Assembly (NCBI RefSeq): GCF_048269205.1
Contig: NZ_JBLXJC010000004.1
Location: forward strand, 62,638-126,637
Direction: 5' to 3'
Source: Emcibacter sp.
Lineage (GTDB): Bacteria; Pseudomonadota; Alphaproteobacteria; Sphingomonadales; Emcibacteraceae
DNA: 64,000 nucleotides
A program made the translations under genes and the position numbers. Below, piece by piece: positions 1-8,930 of this stretch (position 1 is its first letter; each line of letters opens with the position of its first letter). The notes beneath the pieces were generated by a model. That model searched no databases and was not told the DNA's origin. It saw only the letters and a list, made by a program, of their open reading frames with translations.

Positions 1-2
1 GC

Positions 3-863
3 ATGGAGCATCACAGCAATATCGTGCCCTGGCAGATGATCCGCGAGGAAAAAGAATTTGTCATTCAGGTCGCGCCCATTGATGATCGTGGCAACTTCCT
101 GTTCGAGGAATATGAGAAATTGTTGTCTGAGAGGACAAAACTGGTGGCCATCACGCATATTTCCAATTCACTGGGAACCATCACCCCGATCAAGCAGATC
201 ATCAGGGCGGCCCACAAGGTTGGGGCGCTGGTCCTGGTGGACGGCTGTCAGGCTGTTCCCCATACCCGGGTGGATGTGCGGGATCTGGGCGCGGACTTTT
301 ATGTTTTTTCCGGTCATAAAATGTACGGGCCGACCGGTGTCGGCGTTTTGTATGGCCGCAAGGAACTTCTGGAGGCCATGCCCCCATACCAGGGCGGCGG
401 GGACATGATCCGCTCCGTGACCTTTGAGAAGACGGTCTATAACGACCTTCCCCATAAGTTTGAGGCCGGCACCCCCCATATTGCCGGGGGTATTGGATTG
501 GGTGCGGCCATTGATTATATGGAAGATGTGGGTTTTGAAGCCATCGAGGATCACGAGGAAAAGCTTCTGGCCTATGCCAAAGAACGACTGGCGGAAGTGA
601 AGGGTTTCCATCTGGTGGGGCAGGCGGATCACATGGCGGGAATATTATCCTTCACCATGGAAAACGCCCATCCCCATGATATCGGCACCATCCTGGACCA
701 GGAAGGGATCGCGATCCGGGCCGGGCATCATTGCGCCCAGCCGGTGATGGACTTTTTTGATGTGCCGGCAATGGCCCGTGCCTCACTTGGCCTGTATAAT
801 ACATATGAAGATATTGACCGGCTGGTGGCCGGTCTGGAGAAAGTAAACCGGATTTTCGGTTAA
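3..863 (+). CDS. sufS: Cysteine desulfurase SufS (group II, PLP-dependent), 5'-truncated by the window edge
   Basis: The ORF is open to the window start. It has the PLP-lysine motif FSGHKMYGPTGVG and the catalytic-Cys loop RAGHHCAQP. Further suf-type genes follow it. Confidence 0.9.
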   Translation: MEHHSNIVPWQMIREEKEFVIQVAPIDDRGNFLFEEYEKLLSERTKLVAITHISNSLGTITPIKQIIRAAHKVGALVLVDGCQAVPHTRVDVRDLGADFYVFSGHKMYGPTGVGVLYGRKELLEAMPPYQGGGDMIRSVTFEKTVYNDLPHKFEAGTPHIAGGIGLGAAIDYMEDVGFEAIEDHEEKLLAYAKERLAEVKGFHLVGQADHMAGILSFTMENAHPHDIGTILDQEGIAIRAGHHCAQPVMDFFDVPAMARASLGLYNTYEDIDRLVAGLEKVNRIFG

Positions 864-881
864 TACTCAGGGTATAAAAAA

Positions 882-1295
882 ATGAGCTTTCTGGACGGAT
901 TTTACAGCAGAGACGACAAGGACAAGGACGCTGATAAAAAGCAGGAGACGAAAGTTTCCTCAGGCGGCCCGGCCTTGAGTGACGATGAACGACGAGACCT
1001 CAATCAGAAGATTGTCGAGGTTCTGCGCGAGATATATGACCCGGAGATCCCGGTCAATATCTATGAAATGGGCCTGATTTATGATGTGGTCATTTCCGAT
1101 ACCGCCGATGTGGCCGTGATCATGACCCTGACCACGCCCCATTGCCCCGTGGCCGAAAGCATGCCCGGCGAGGTAGAGCTGAAAGTCCGGGATGTGGAAG
1201 GTGTGGGTAATGTCACCGTGGAGCTGGTCTGGGACCCGCCATGGGACATGAGCATGATGAGCGAGGCTGCCCGTCTTGAAATGGGCTTTATGTAG
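882..1295 (+). CDS. SUF-system Fe-S assembly protein, DUF59/MIP18 (SufT-like) family
   Basis: 137 aa with the DUF59 core EIPVNIYEMGLIYDV...TLTTPHCPVAESM. It lies directly downstream of sufS. Confidence 0.8.
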   Translation: MSFLDGFYSRDDKDKDADKKQETKVSSGGPALSDDERRDLNQKIVEVLREIYDPEIPVNIYEMGLIYDVVISDTADVAVIMTLTTPHCPVAESMPGEVELKVRDVEGVGNVTVELVWDPPWDMSMMSEAARLEMGFM

Positions 1296-1305
1296 GAGAA
1301 GTCAG

Positions 1306-1644
1306 ATGTCAGCAGAAGCCGTATTGAAAATATCCGATGCCGCTGCAGACAGAATTAAATTTCTGCTGGACCAGCGGGGCAGACCGTCTCTCGGTGTGCG
1401 TCTGGGGACCACCACAAAGGGCTGCAACGGTCTCAGCTACAAGGTGGACTATGTGGACGAGGAAACGCCCGGTGACGAAAAGATCACAGACAAGGGTGTG
1501 ACCGTCTATATCGACGGCATGTCCGTAATCTACCTGATCGGCAGCATCATGGATTACAGGGAAGACAAGTTCCAGACCGGCTTTGTCTTTGAAAATCCCA
1601 ACGCCACCGGCACCTGCGGCTGTGGCGAAAGCTTCAGCGTCTAG
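1306..1644 (+). CDS. sufA: A-type Fe-S cluster carrier (HesB/IscA/SufA family)
   Basis: C-terminal signature NPNATGTCGCGESFSV plus the conserved GCNGLSY. The start is taken at internal ATG 1306 (MSAEAVLKIS), because the longer ORF overlaps the upstream gene. Confidence 0.85.
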   Translation: MSAEAVLKISDAAADRIKFLLDQRGRPSLGVRLGTTTKGCNGLSYKVDYVDEETPGDEKITDKGVTVYIDGMSVIYLIGSIMDYREDKFQTGFVFENPNATGTCGCGESFSV

Positions 1645-4148
1645 AGCGCCTCGATCCGGGCCTTCAGGTCCTCGAACAGGTCGGGCACCTCGGTCAGGTG
1701 CTCCTTTTCCGTTTCCAGAATGGCCAGAAAGGCCCTTTTTTTCAGGGCCCGAACATCCACCCGGGCATCAAGATGTTCCAGGCTTGCCTGGTTGGCCAGA
1801 ATGTCGATCAGCCGCTCGGCCCCGTTCAACCTGCCCCACAGATAATCATTTTCCCGGTCAGTGCGGCTGAAAAAGGCGCCGAAAGACCGCATGGCCGTGC
1901 CGCGCAGAGGCATTTCATTTTCGTCCTTTTTCAGGACGGACCCGTCATTGGGACTGATCCGGTTGACCAGGATTTCGTTGAATTCACCCAGATCCTTGCT
2001 GCCCATGATGGAAAAGGTGATCACATCCCAGAAGGCAAAGCCAAGGTAGGAGACGGTAAGCTCGTGTCCGACGGTATCGCGCCAGGGAATGTTGTTCTGC
2101 CGGGCGATCAGGTTATCGGTCATGGCCCGGAATCTATCCAGGTTGAGGTCCCGGGCCAGCAGTTCCAGGGCATCATGAAGTTCCGCCTTACGTGTGGTCA
2201 GGGAACAGATATTGGTTTCGCTTTGGGGATTGTCATCAAAGGGCTCATTGAGAAGCTGGCCGAAAACGTTGCGGATGGCCGTTTTGGCTTCTTCCGTCAC
2301 GAAACTGCTGTCCCCCAGCTTGTCCAGTTTTTGCAGGATCTTGTAGAAATCCCCCTTCAGCTGGTCCAGCGCCTGCACATTGAGATCATGTTCGCCGTAA
2401 AGCTTGTTCAGTTCCTGGATCATGAACTGCAGGCGGCGCTTGTGATAGCTGACATCAAAGCCGATCAGGAATCTGGCCCAGGCCGGCAGGGCTGTATCGT
2501 CTTTGTGCCGGTCAAACAGTTCGCTGACCCAGCTCAGTATTTTGCTCTGGGCATTGGCCTCTTTCAGCAGATGACCATAGAGGCCGGAAAAGTCGATCTC
2601 GTCCTGATAGGCCCAGCACTGGAGAATGGAAAACACATGGCGTCGCCGTTCGCTGCCGGACGGGCAGTCACAGATATCGCCGATGATCAGGGTCAGGCGG
2701 GCCAGGCAGTTCCTGACCTTGAGCCGGGCATAGCCTTCATAGGAAAAGCCGGCATCCTTGACCGACCGGGCATTGGCCAGGTTGCGCCAGGAGCGGATGT
2801 CGTCGGCCGTGACTTCCCGCTTTGCGTCGCTGGCGGAGATTTCCTTTACCAGCGCTTCCACATTGGGTTTGATGCTGTCGACAACGGTCTTGATGATGCG
2901 CACCTGCTGGTTCAGGGCCTGCACTTCCATCAGATCGTCATGCATGGGCTGGTTCATGGGGATATCGGACAGAGCCCCCTTGATGGTATTGAGCAGGCTC
3001 GGCGGTGCCCCGGTTGGTTTGATGGCCAGTTCTTCCGGATTGGGATCGATATAAACGATGCGCCGGTCCACCTTGCGAAAGGCCGGTCGGCCGTGAATGG
3101 CGGTAATCACCTGGTCGAACGGCTTGTTGTTGAGAATGCTGCCGTCCAGGAATGAGGTTTTGTGCGGATCAAGCCCCGCCTGGCGATATTCCTTGAAGTT
3201 GGCTTTAAGAAAGTTGTCTTTTTCCGTCCATTCCTGCCCCTGCTCTTTCAGGAAATGATCCACTTCCCTGAGCTGTGCCGGGGGGAAGGCGCCGGGATAA
3301 CAGGCGGTGGCCCGGGAGGCAAAGCTCAGGCCCGGCAGATCTTTTTTCTCGAAATCGCTGAAGCTGTCTTCGGGGACGGAGGTGAAAAGCCCCTTGAAAT
3401 AGGAAAACCGCAGTCTGTGGCGATGTTCCCGTTCCTCGATCATGGGGGGATCGTTGATGGGGATGTTGCGCCGGAATCCGTGATAGTCGGTCAGCGTGAC
3501 GAAAAGATCGAGCTGATGCCCGCGGGGCAGAAGCGAGTGACGACTGCCGTCTCCCATCCGGTCCAGGCCGCGATAGATCAGCCCCAGCAGATGCTTGCCG
3601 TCAAAAGGCGGTTTCAAATTCCAGATATTGAGAAGCGCGGGAAGTTTCGTGCGCACTTTCTCTTTCAGTTGCACATCCACCATAAACCGGTTGCTGAACA
3701 TATTGATCAGCGGCTTGGTGAACATCTTCTCAAGCCGGCCGGGCGGTTTTTTCTCTCCCACCAGCCGGCTCACGTCTGCTTCATGCAGCCAGTGATCGCG
3801 CAGATGATCCATATTCAGGTCATGGGCGAGGGCGCGGCCGAGGAAAATACTGTTCATGCCGCCTGCCGATGCGCCGGCGATGGTATCGACGATGACCCGC
3901 AGTTCCAGATCCGGGGCAAGGGACTTGAGAATGTCGAAATAGACAAGCTCTGTATCGATCACGTCAGTGACGTCTTCATTGGGATAGATATAGGCCTGTT
4001 TGCTTTCGGCGCGCGGGTCGGGGCTGAAATGAAAGGCCTTGGAAGCCCGGGCCAGTTTCAGGATTTCCTTTGTTACCCCGTGAATATAAATAGCAAGGGA
4101 GATGCCGCCGAAGCAGACAAGGGCAAATCTGAGTTCCTTTTCCCGCAT
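1641..4148 (-). CDS. Patatin-like phospholipase with a long C-terminal extension (DUF3376-type architecture)
   Basis: 835 aa. N-terminal glycine-rich FGGISLAIYIHG, nucleophile elbow GASAGG (GxSxG) and a downstream DGS Asp dyad candidate (FLDGSILNNKPF). The stop overlaps the sufA stop by 4 nt (convergent). Confidence 0.8.
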   Translation of the reverse strand: MREKELRFALVCFGGISLAIYIHGVTKEILKLARASKAFHFSPDPRAESKQAYIYPNEDVTDVIDTELVYFDILKSLAPDLELRVIVDTIAGASAGGMNSIFLGRALAHDLNMDHLRDHWLHEADVSRLVGEKKPPGRLEKMFTKPLINMFSNRFMVDVQLKEKVRTKLPALLNIWNLKPPFDGKHLLGLIYRGLDRMGDGSRHSLLPRGHQLDLFVTLTDYHGFRRNIPINDPPMIEEREHRHRLRFSYFKGLFTSVPEDSFSDFEKKDLPGLSFASRATACYPGAFPPAQLREVDHFLKEQGQEWTEKDNFLKANFKEYRQAGLDPHKTSFLDGSILNNKPFDQVITAIHGRPAFRKVDRRIVYIDPNPEELAIKPTGAPPSLLNTIKGALSDIPMNQPMHDDLMEVQALNQQVRIIKTVVDSIKPNVEALVKEISASDAKREVTADDIRSWRNLANARSVKDAGFSYEGYARLKVRNCLARLTLIIGDICDCPSGSERRRHVFSILQCWAYQDEIDFSGLYGHLLKEANAQSKILSWVSELFDRHKDDTALPAWARFLIGFDVSYHKRRLQFMIQELNKLYGEHDLNVQALDQLKGDFYKILQKLDKLGDSSFVTEEAKTAIRNVFGQLLNEPFDDNPQSETNICSLTTRKAELHDALELLARDLNLDRFRAMTDNLIARQNNIPWRDTVGHELTVSYLGFAFWDVITFSIMGSKDLGEFNEILVNRISPNDGSVLKKDENEMPLRGTAMRSFGAFFSRTDRENDYLWGRLNGAERLIDILANQASLEHLDARVDVRALKKRAFLAILETEKEHLTEVPDLFEDLKARIEAL

Positions 4149-4198
4149 GGAAATCCGTTAGTTTATTGTTTTGCGGGACAGTTTAACTCAAATGGGTT

Positions 4199-4714
4199 TT
4201 AAATCAAATCTTTAGGGCAGATAAAACGGTTCAGTCGCGCCACCTTCCTGTCCACCTCGTTCCAGTCTTTCAGTTTGAAGTCCAGCACGCTCAGGGCGCC
4301 GGTGGGGTATTTTTCGATCAACCGCCGATGATCTTCCCGGTTTTTGCCATCGTTGAGATCATGGGCCAGAAGATTGATGGTCGGGTTGTGGCCGATCAAT
4401 AGAAGAGTGTCGTATTTATTATCCAGTTCCCGGATCATATCCAGCACCATGCTGGGCTGGGCCAGGTAAAGGCCGTCAGGAAAAGAGACCGGTACCTTGC
4501 GTTCCAGATGCTGAACCAGATTCTTGAGTGTTTGCCGGGTGCGCACCGCCGGTGAACAAAGGATATAGTCGGGAACCAGGTTATGTTCCTGCAGGTAACG
4601 GCCCATAAGATGGGACGCCATCACGCCGCGGGTGTTCAGTGGCCGTTCGATATCCCTGAGGCCGGGATCGTCATGGCTTGACTTGGCATGGCGCAACAAC
4701 AGAAGCCGTTTCAT
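4199..4714 (-). CDS. Histidine phosphatase family protein (SixA-like phosphohistidine phosphatase)
   Basis: LLLLRHAKS (RHG-type motif) and LLLIGHNP. The start is chosen at MKRLLLL, which forms an ATGA overlap with the upstream gene's stop (4711-4714). Confidence 0.75.
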   Translation of the reverse strand: MKRLLLLRHAKSSHDDPGLRDIERPLNTRGVMASHLMGRYLQEHNLVPDYILCSPAVRTRQTLKNLVQHLERKVPVSFPDGLYLAQPSMVLDMIRELDNKYDTLLLIGHNPTINLLAHDLNDGKNREDHRRLIEKYPTGALSVLDFKLKDWNEVDRKVARLNRFICPKDLI

Positions 4715-5523
4715 GGTCTTTCCTCTTTGATAAACGGGAGACGAAGCAGGGACAGAAAACCGAGCTCGCCGATTTTCCGGTAATTTTGCAGACCGATCGT
4801 CATATGCCCATAGCCCGCCGCGGGCCGGTCGCGATAGGTTCCCAGAAGCCTGTCCCAGCATGACAGGTTGAATCCATAGTTGCTGTTGGTTTCATCTGTG
4901 TGACAACTGTGATGGACCGTATGCATGGCCGGGGTCACGATCAGTCTTCTCAGTCCGCGGTCGACCGTTTCCGGAAGTCGCAGATTGCTGTGGTTGAACA
5001 GGGCCATGCCGTTGAGAATCATTTCAAACAGGATGACGGCGACCAGCGGCAGGCCCAGGGCAAAAACAACGGACATTTTGATCATCATGGACAACAGAAG
5101 CTCCAACGGATGAAAGCGAAGGGCGGTACTCACGTCCAGATCAAGGTCCGTATGATGTATCTTGTGCAGCCGCCAGAGGAGTGGCACATGGTGAAAGGTC
5201 ACATGCTGCAGGTAAATGGTGAAATCAAGCAGGAGCAGCCCGAGAGGTACGGAAACCCACAACGGCAGGCCAAGAATATTGAAAAGCCCGTATCCATGCT
5301 CGCCCGCATACCAGGCGGTCCCGGCCGCCATGACCGGTAGAAGCAGCCGCAGGGCCAGGGTGCCGGCGACGACGACGGCAATATTGGTGAGCCAGCGAAA
5401 ATGACGGGGAAACTGGTTCGTGCGAAAGGGGCTTCGGGCCTCGAGCAGGGCAAACAGACCAAACAGGCCCAGGAAGGTTCCCAGGCGGATCATGTCTGCA
5501 TTGTTTGTCAGCCAGTCACTCAT
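4711..5523 (-). CDS. Fatty acid hydroxylase / sterol desaturase family membrane protein
   Basis: 270 aa and multi-TM, with the histidine boxes HHVPLLWRLHKIHHTD and HTVHH. Confidence 0.8.
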   Translation of the reverse strand: MSDWLTNNADMIRLGTFLGLFGLFALLEARSPFRTNQFPRHFRWLTNIAVVVAGTLALRLLLPVMAAGTAWYAGEHGYGLFNILGLPLWVSVPLGLLLLDFTIYLQHVTFHHVPLLWRLHKIHHTDLDLDVSTALRFHPLELLLSMMIKMSVVFALGLPLVAVILFEMILNGMALFNHSNLRLPETVDRGLRRLIVTPAMHTVHHSCHTDETNSNYGFNLSCWDRLLGTYRDRPAAGYGHMTIGLQNYRKIGELGFLSLLRLPFIKEERP

Positions 5524-5567
5524 ATGGTACCAATCAGGCTTGTTATAATAGTAATCCGAAACAACTT

Positions 5568-5726
5568 CTAGAAATCAGAGGCGATACCGTTGTTTTCCCA
5601 GTCCCCATATCGGACCGGGTCCGGCCCTTCCCGTCCGCCGATTTCCTTCGGCGGTGTTTCAGGCGCGTCTTTTTTCACCTGTTTCTTGTCGTCAGTGGCT
5701 TCCGCCTTGTTTTTTATATCGTCCAT
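5568..5726 (-). CDS. DUF1674 small protein (SDHAF4-like)
   Basis: 52 aa ending ...GPDPVRYGDWENNGIASDF, the conserved DUF1674 C-terminal signature. Only the C-terminal part of the 151-aa ORF is taken; the rest overlaps htpX antisense. Confidence 0.65.
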   Translation of the reverse strand: MDDIKNKAEATDDKKQVKKDAPETPPKEIGGREGPDPVRYGDWENNGIASDF

Positions 5727-5843
5727 CGCCCGGCCTCTTGTGAAAATCATTGTCCATTTCCATATTAGATAGGAATTATTACGGGAATCGCAAGGGGATG
5801 GCCCCATAGCGGGACCGTAGTCTGAAAGCATGTGAGGAAAGCC

Positions 5844-6797
5844 ATGGGATATGTAAGAACTGCCATTCTGCTGGCCGGCATGACCGGCCTCTTTCTGGCC
5901 ATAGGTTATGTGCTGGGCGGGTCCGGCGGTCTGGTCATTGCCTTTATGCTGGCGCTGGCCATGAACGCCTTTGCCTATTGGAACTCCGACAAGATGGTGC
6001 TCTCCATGTATGGCGCCCGGCAAGTGGATCGTCAGAGCGCCCCGGAGCTATACGATATCGTTGAGGGGCTTGCCCGACGGGCGGGACTGCCCATGCCCAA
6101 AGTCTATCTGATGGATAATGACCAGCCTAATGCCTTTGCCACCGGCCGTAATCCGGAAAATGCGGCGGTGGCGGCGACCACAGGACTGTTGAAAATTCTC
6201 AGCCGGGAAGAAATCGCCGGGGTCATGGCTCACGAACTCGCCCATGTGAAAAACCGCGATACCCTGACCATGACTATCACAGCAACCCTGGCCGGTGCTA
6301 TCGGGATGCTGGCCAATTTTGCCATGTTTTTCGGCCATAACCGTAATAATCCGCTGGGATTTATCGGAACGTTGCTGGTGATGATCCTGGCCCCCGTTGC
6401 CGCCATGCTGGTTCAGATGGCCATTAGCCGGTCCCGGGAATATGAAGCGGACCGTATCGGCGCTGAAATCTGCGGGCAGCCCCTTTGGCTGTCTTCGGCC
6501 CTGGGTAAGTTGCAGGGCGCAAGCGAACGTATTGTGAATGAAGAGGCGGAACATAACCCGGCCACGGCTCACCTGTTTATCGTCAATCCGCTGCACGGGC
6601 AGAATATGGACAAGCTGTTCTCCACCCATCCCAATATGGAGAACCGGATCCACAAGCTTGAGGAAATGGCCACCCCGGGCGGCGGCGGCCGGGGACCCAT
6701 CGACTATGATCGTCCCCGTACGCGTCCCAAACCCCGTAGCGGCGGGTCTTCCGTACCCAATGCCGGGCGGGCACCGGGCCGCGGTCCCTGGCGCTAA
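5844..6797 (+). CDS. htpX: Zinc metalloprotease HtpX
   Basis: HELAHV zinc motif, 4 TM segments and a Gly/Pro/Arg-rich C-terminal tail. ATG 5844 is preceded by GAGGAAA; the ORF track starts at GTG 5832. Confidence 0.9.
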   Translation: MGYVRTAILLAGMTGLFLAIGYVLGGSGGLVIAFMLALAMNAFAYWNSDKMVLSMYGARQVDRQSAPELYDIVEGLARRAGLPMPKVYLMDNDQPNAFATGRNPENAAVAATTGLLKILSREEIAGVMAHELAHVKNRDTLTMTITATLAGAIGMLANFAMFFGHNRNNPLGFIGTLLVMILAPVAAMLVQMAISRSREYEADRIGAEICGQPLWLSSALGKLQGASERIVNEEAEHNPATAHLFIVNPLHGQNMDKLFSTHPNMENRIHKLEEMATPGGGGRGPIDYDRPRTRPKPRSGGSSVPNAGRAPGRGPWR

Positions 6798-6852
6798 ACA
6801 CCCGCAAAAAGCTTGGCATTCCCCGGGCCCTGTGCTACTGCCCTCTTCATAG

Positions 6853-8181
6853 TTGAATGGAAAGGTTATCCCGGTCGTGGCACAGGATCTGCAAAGTCGT
6901 TTGGCGGCACTTTATCTTCTGGAACAGATTCTGGACCGGGGTCAGGCCCTCGACGGCGCTTTTGAAAACTGCTGCCGGAAATATCCCGAGCTGGATCAGC
7001 GGGACCGGGCCTTTGTCCGCTATCTGGTGACCACCTGCCTCAGGCGTCAGGGCCAGATCAACGCCATAATCAACTTCTGCACTCCTCGCAATCTGACGCC
7101 GAAACAGGCGAAAATCCGGTACATCCTGCAGCTTGGCCTGACCCAGCTTCTATATATGGAAGTGCCGGCCCATGCCGCGGTGGACAGCAGTGTCCGGTTG
7201 GCGGATCAACAGAAAAACCAGTCGGTCCGGCAACTCAAAGGCCTGGTCAATGCCGTTCTGCGGCGGGTGGATCGGGAACGGGAAATAGTTGCGGAAAAAT
7301 TCGCCGATCCGTTCCTCAATGTGCCGAAATGGCTGCGCAACAGCTGGATCGAACGGTTCGGCAAGGGACCGGCCCGGCGTATCATGCCCCCCCTTCTTGA
7401 GGAACCGTCCCTGGACCTGACCCTGAAACCGGGGGAAGACCCTGAAGCCTGGGCGGAAAAGCTGGGCGGAACTGTCACCCCCTTCAAGGGTGTGCGGCTT
7501 GAACGCGCCGGTCAGGTGGAAAAACTGCCGGGATTTGAAGAAGGTCACTGGTGGGTGCAGGATCTTGCGGCACGGCTTCCCGCTGAACTGCTGGGAGCAC
7601 GGGAGGGGGCCCGGGTGCTTGATCTTTGTGCTGCGCCCGGTGGTAAAACCGCCCAGAGTGCGGCAAAAGGTTGTAAAGTGACGGCGGTGGATATTTCGGA
7701 CAAACGTCTGCGGCGCCTTCGGGAAAATATGACCCGCCTCTCCCTCGATGTAGATGTGGTCGTATCGGATGCGGCGGAATACCGGCCGGAGGAGCTATTT
7801 CCCTATATTCTTCTGGATGCGCCCTGTTCGTCCAGTGGCACCCTGCGCCGTCATCCCGATATGGCCTGGAACAAGTCGCCCGATGACGTCGAAAGTCTTG
7901 CCGATATTCAGCGCCGGGTTCTTGCGGCCGCGGTGGACATGCTTTCCCCGGGCGGCACCCTGATTTATTGCGTTTGTTCCATGGAGGCGGCGGAAGGCCC
8001 GGATCAGATAAGGGCTTTACTGGAAAGCGACCTGCCGCTAAACAGGGACAGGATCAGACCGGAAGAAGTGCCCGGTCTTGAACAAAGCATCGGACCGGAC
8101 GGGGACCTGCAGACCCTGCCCTTCCACTATCCCGGCGGGATGGACGGATTTTATATCTGCAGGCTGAAAAAAGACGGGTGA
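6853..8181 (+). CDS. rsmB: 16S rRNA (cytosine-C5)-methyltransferase, RsmB/Sun family
   Basis: N-terminal NusB-like region, SAM motif CAAPGGKT and catalytic [15 protein letters not shown] plus YCVCS. The start codon is uncertain (TTG 6853 in the ORF track). Confidence 0.85.
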   Translation: MNGKVIPVVAQDLQSRLAALYLLEQILDRGQALDGAFENCCRKYPELDQRDRAFVRYLVTTCLRRQGQINAIINFCTPRNLTPKQAKIRYILQLGLTQLLYMEVPAHAAVDSSVRLADQQKNQSVRQLKGLVNAVLRRVDREREIVAEKFADPFLNVPKWLRNSWIERFGKGPARRIMPPLLEEPSLDLTLKPGEDPEAWAEKLGGTVTPFKGVRLERAGQVEKLPGFEEGHWWVQDLAARLPAELLGAREGARVLDLCAAPGGKTAQSAAKGCKVTAVDISDKRLRRLRENMTRLSLDVDVVVSDAAEYRPEELFPYILLDAPCSSSGTLRRHPDMAWNKSPDDVESLADIQRRVLAAAVDMLSPGGTLIYCVCSMEAAEGPDQIRALLESDLPLNRDRIRPEEVPGLEQSIGPDGDLQTLPFHYPGGMDGFYICRLKKDG

Positions 8182-8185
8182 TATC

Positions 8186-8848
8186 ATGCAGCAGGCGACA
8201 AAGATTGCTCCTTCCATTCTGTCAGCGGATTTCGCCGCTCTCGGCGCCGAGGTATCGGCGGTGGATGCGGCCGGCGCGGACTATATCCATGTGGATGTAA
8301 TGGATGGTCATTTTGTCCCCAACATCACCATCGGCCCGTCTGTGGTCAAGGCCCTGCGGCCTCATACAAAGAAGATCTTCGATGTTCATCTGATGATTTC
8401 GCCGGTGGACCTGTTTATCGAGGATTTCGCCAATGCCGGCGCCGACATCATTACCATTCACCCCGAAGCCGGACCGCATTTTCACCGCACCCTGCAGCTG
8501 ATCCGGTCACTGGATAAAAAAACCGGAATTTCCCTGAACCCGGGCACGCCGCTGGAAATGGTGGAAAATGTCATGGACCTGGTGGACCTGATCCTGGTGA
8601 TGAGTGTGAACCCGGGCTTTGGCGGCCAGAAATTCATTGAAAGCCAGCTTGAGAAGATCAGCCGTCTCAGAAAGATGATTGATGACAGCGGTCGCCAGAT
8701 TGATCTGGAAGTGGATGGCGGCATCAATGTGGAAACCGCAAAGCAGGCCGTCGCCGCCGGGGCGGATGTGCTTGTGGCCGGAACCGCCACTTTCACCGGC
8801 GGACCGTCACACTATGCGGAGAACATCCGGGCCCTGCGCGGCGAATAA
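8186..8848 (+). CDS. rpe: Ribulose-phosphate 3-epimerase
   Basis: 220 aa with [34 protein letters not shown] and EVDGGI. Confidence 0.95.
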   Translation: MQQATKIAPSILSADFAALGAEVSAVDAAGADYIHVDVMDGHFVPNITIGPSVVKALRPHTKKIFDVHLMISPVDLFIEDFANAGADIITIHPEAGPHFHRTLQLIRSLDKKTGISLNPGTPLEMVENVMDLVDLILVMSVNPGFGGQKFIESQLEKISRLRKMIDDSGRQIDLEVDGGINVETAKQAVAAGADVLVAGTATFTGGPSHYAENIRALRGE

Positions 8849-8930
8849 GGTTCTTCAAATTCCCTGTTATATTTTTTGGCTCCTGTGATATGCTCCCGGA
8901 CAACCAGATATTCCCGGAGTAGACAGACTA

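Noticed and set aside
1641-4148. The patatin-like lipase considered as the effector of a CBASS-like or other phage-defence system.
   Set aside because: No cyclase/nucleotidyltransferase, sensor or other defence partner is adjacent. It is flanked by suf genes and lipid/phosphatase genes, and no mobile-element context is present.
5727-6023. N-terminal ~100 codons of the 151-aa ORF 5568-6023, as an extension of the DUF1674 protein.
   Set aside because: The extension overlaps the htpX 5' region in antisense and has poor coding character. The conserved DUF1674 signature is fully contained in the last 52 codons, starting at an internal ATG.
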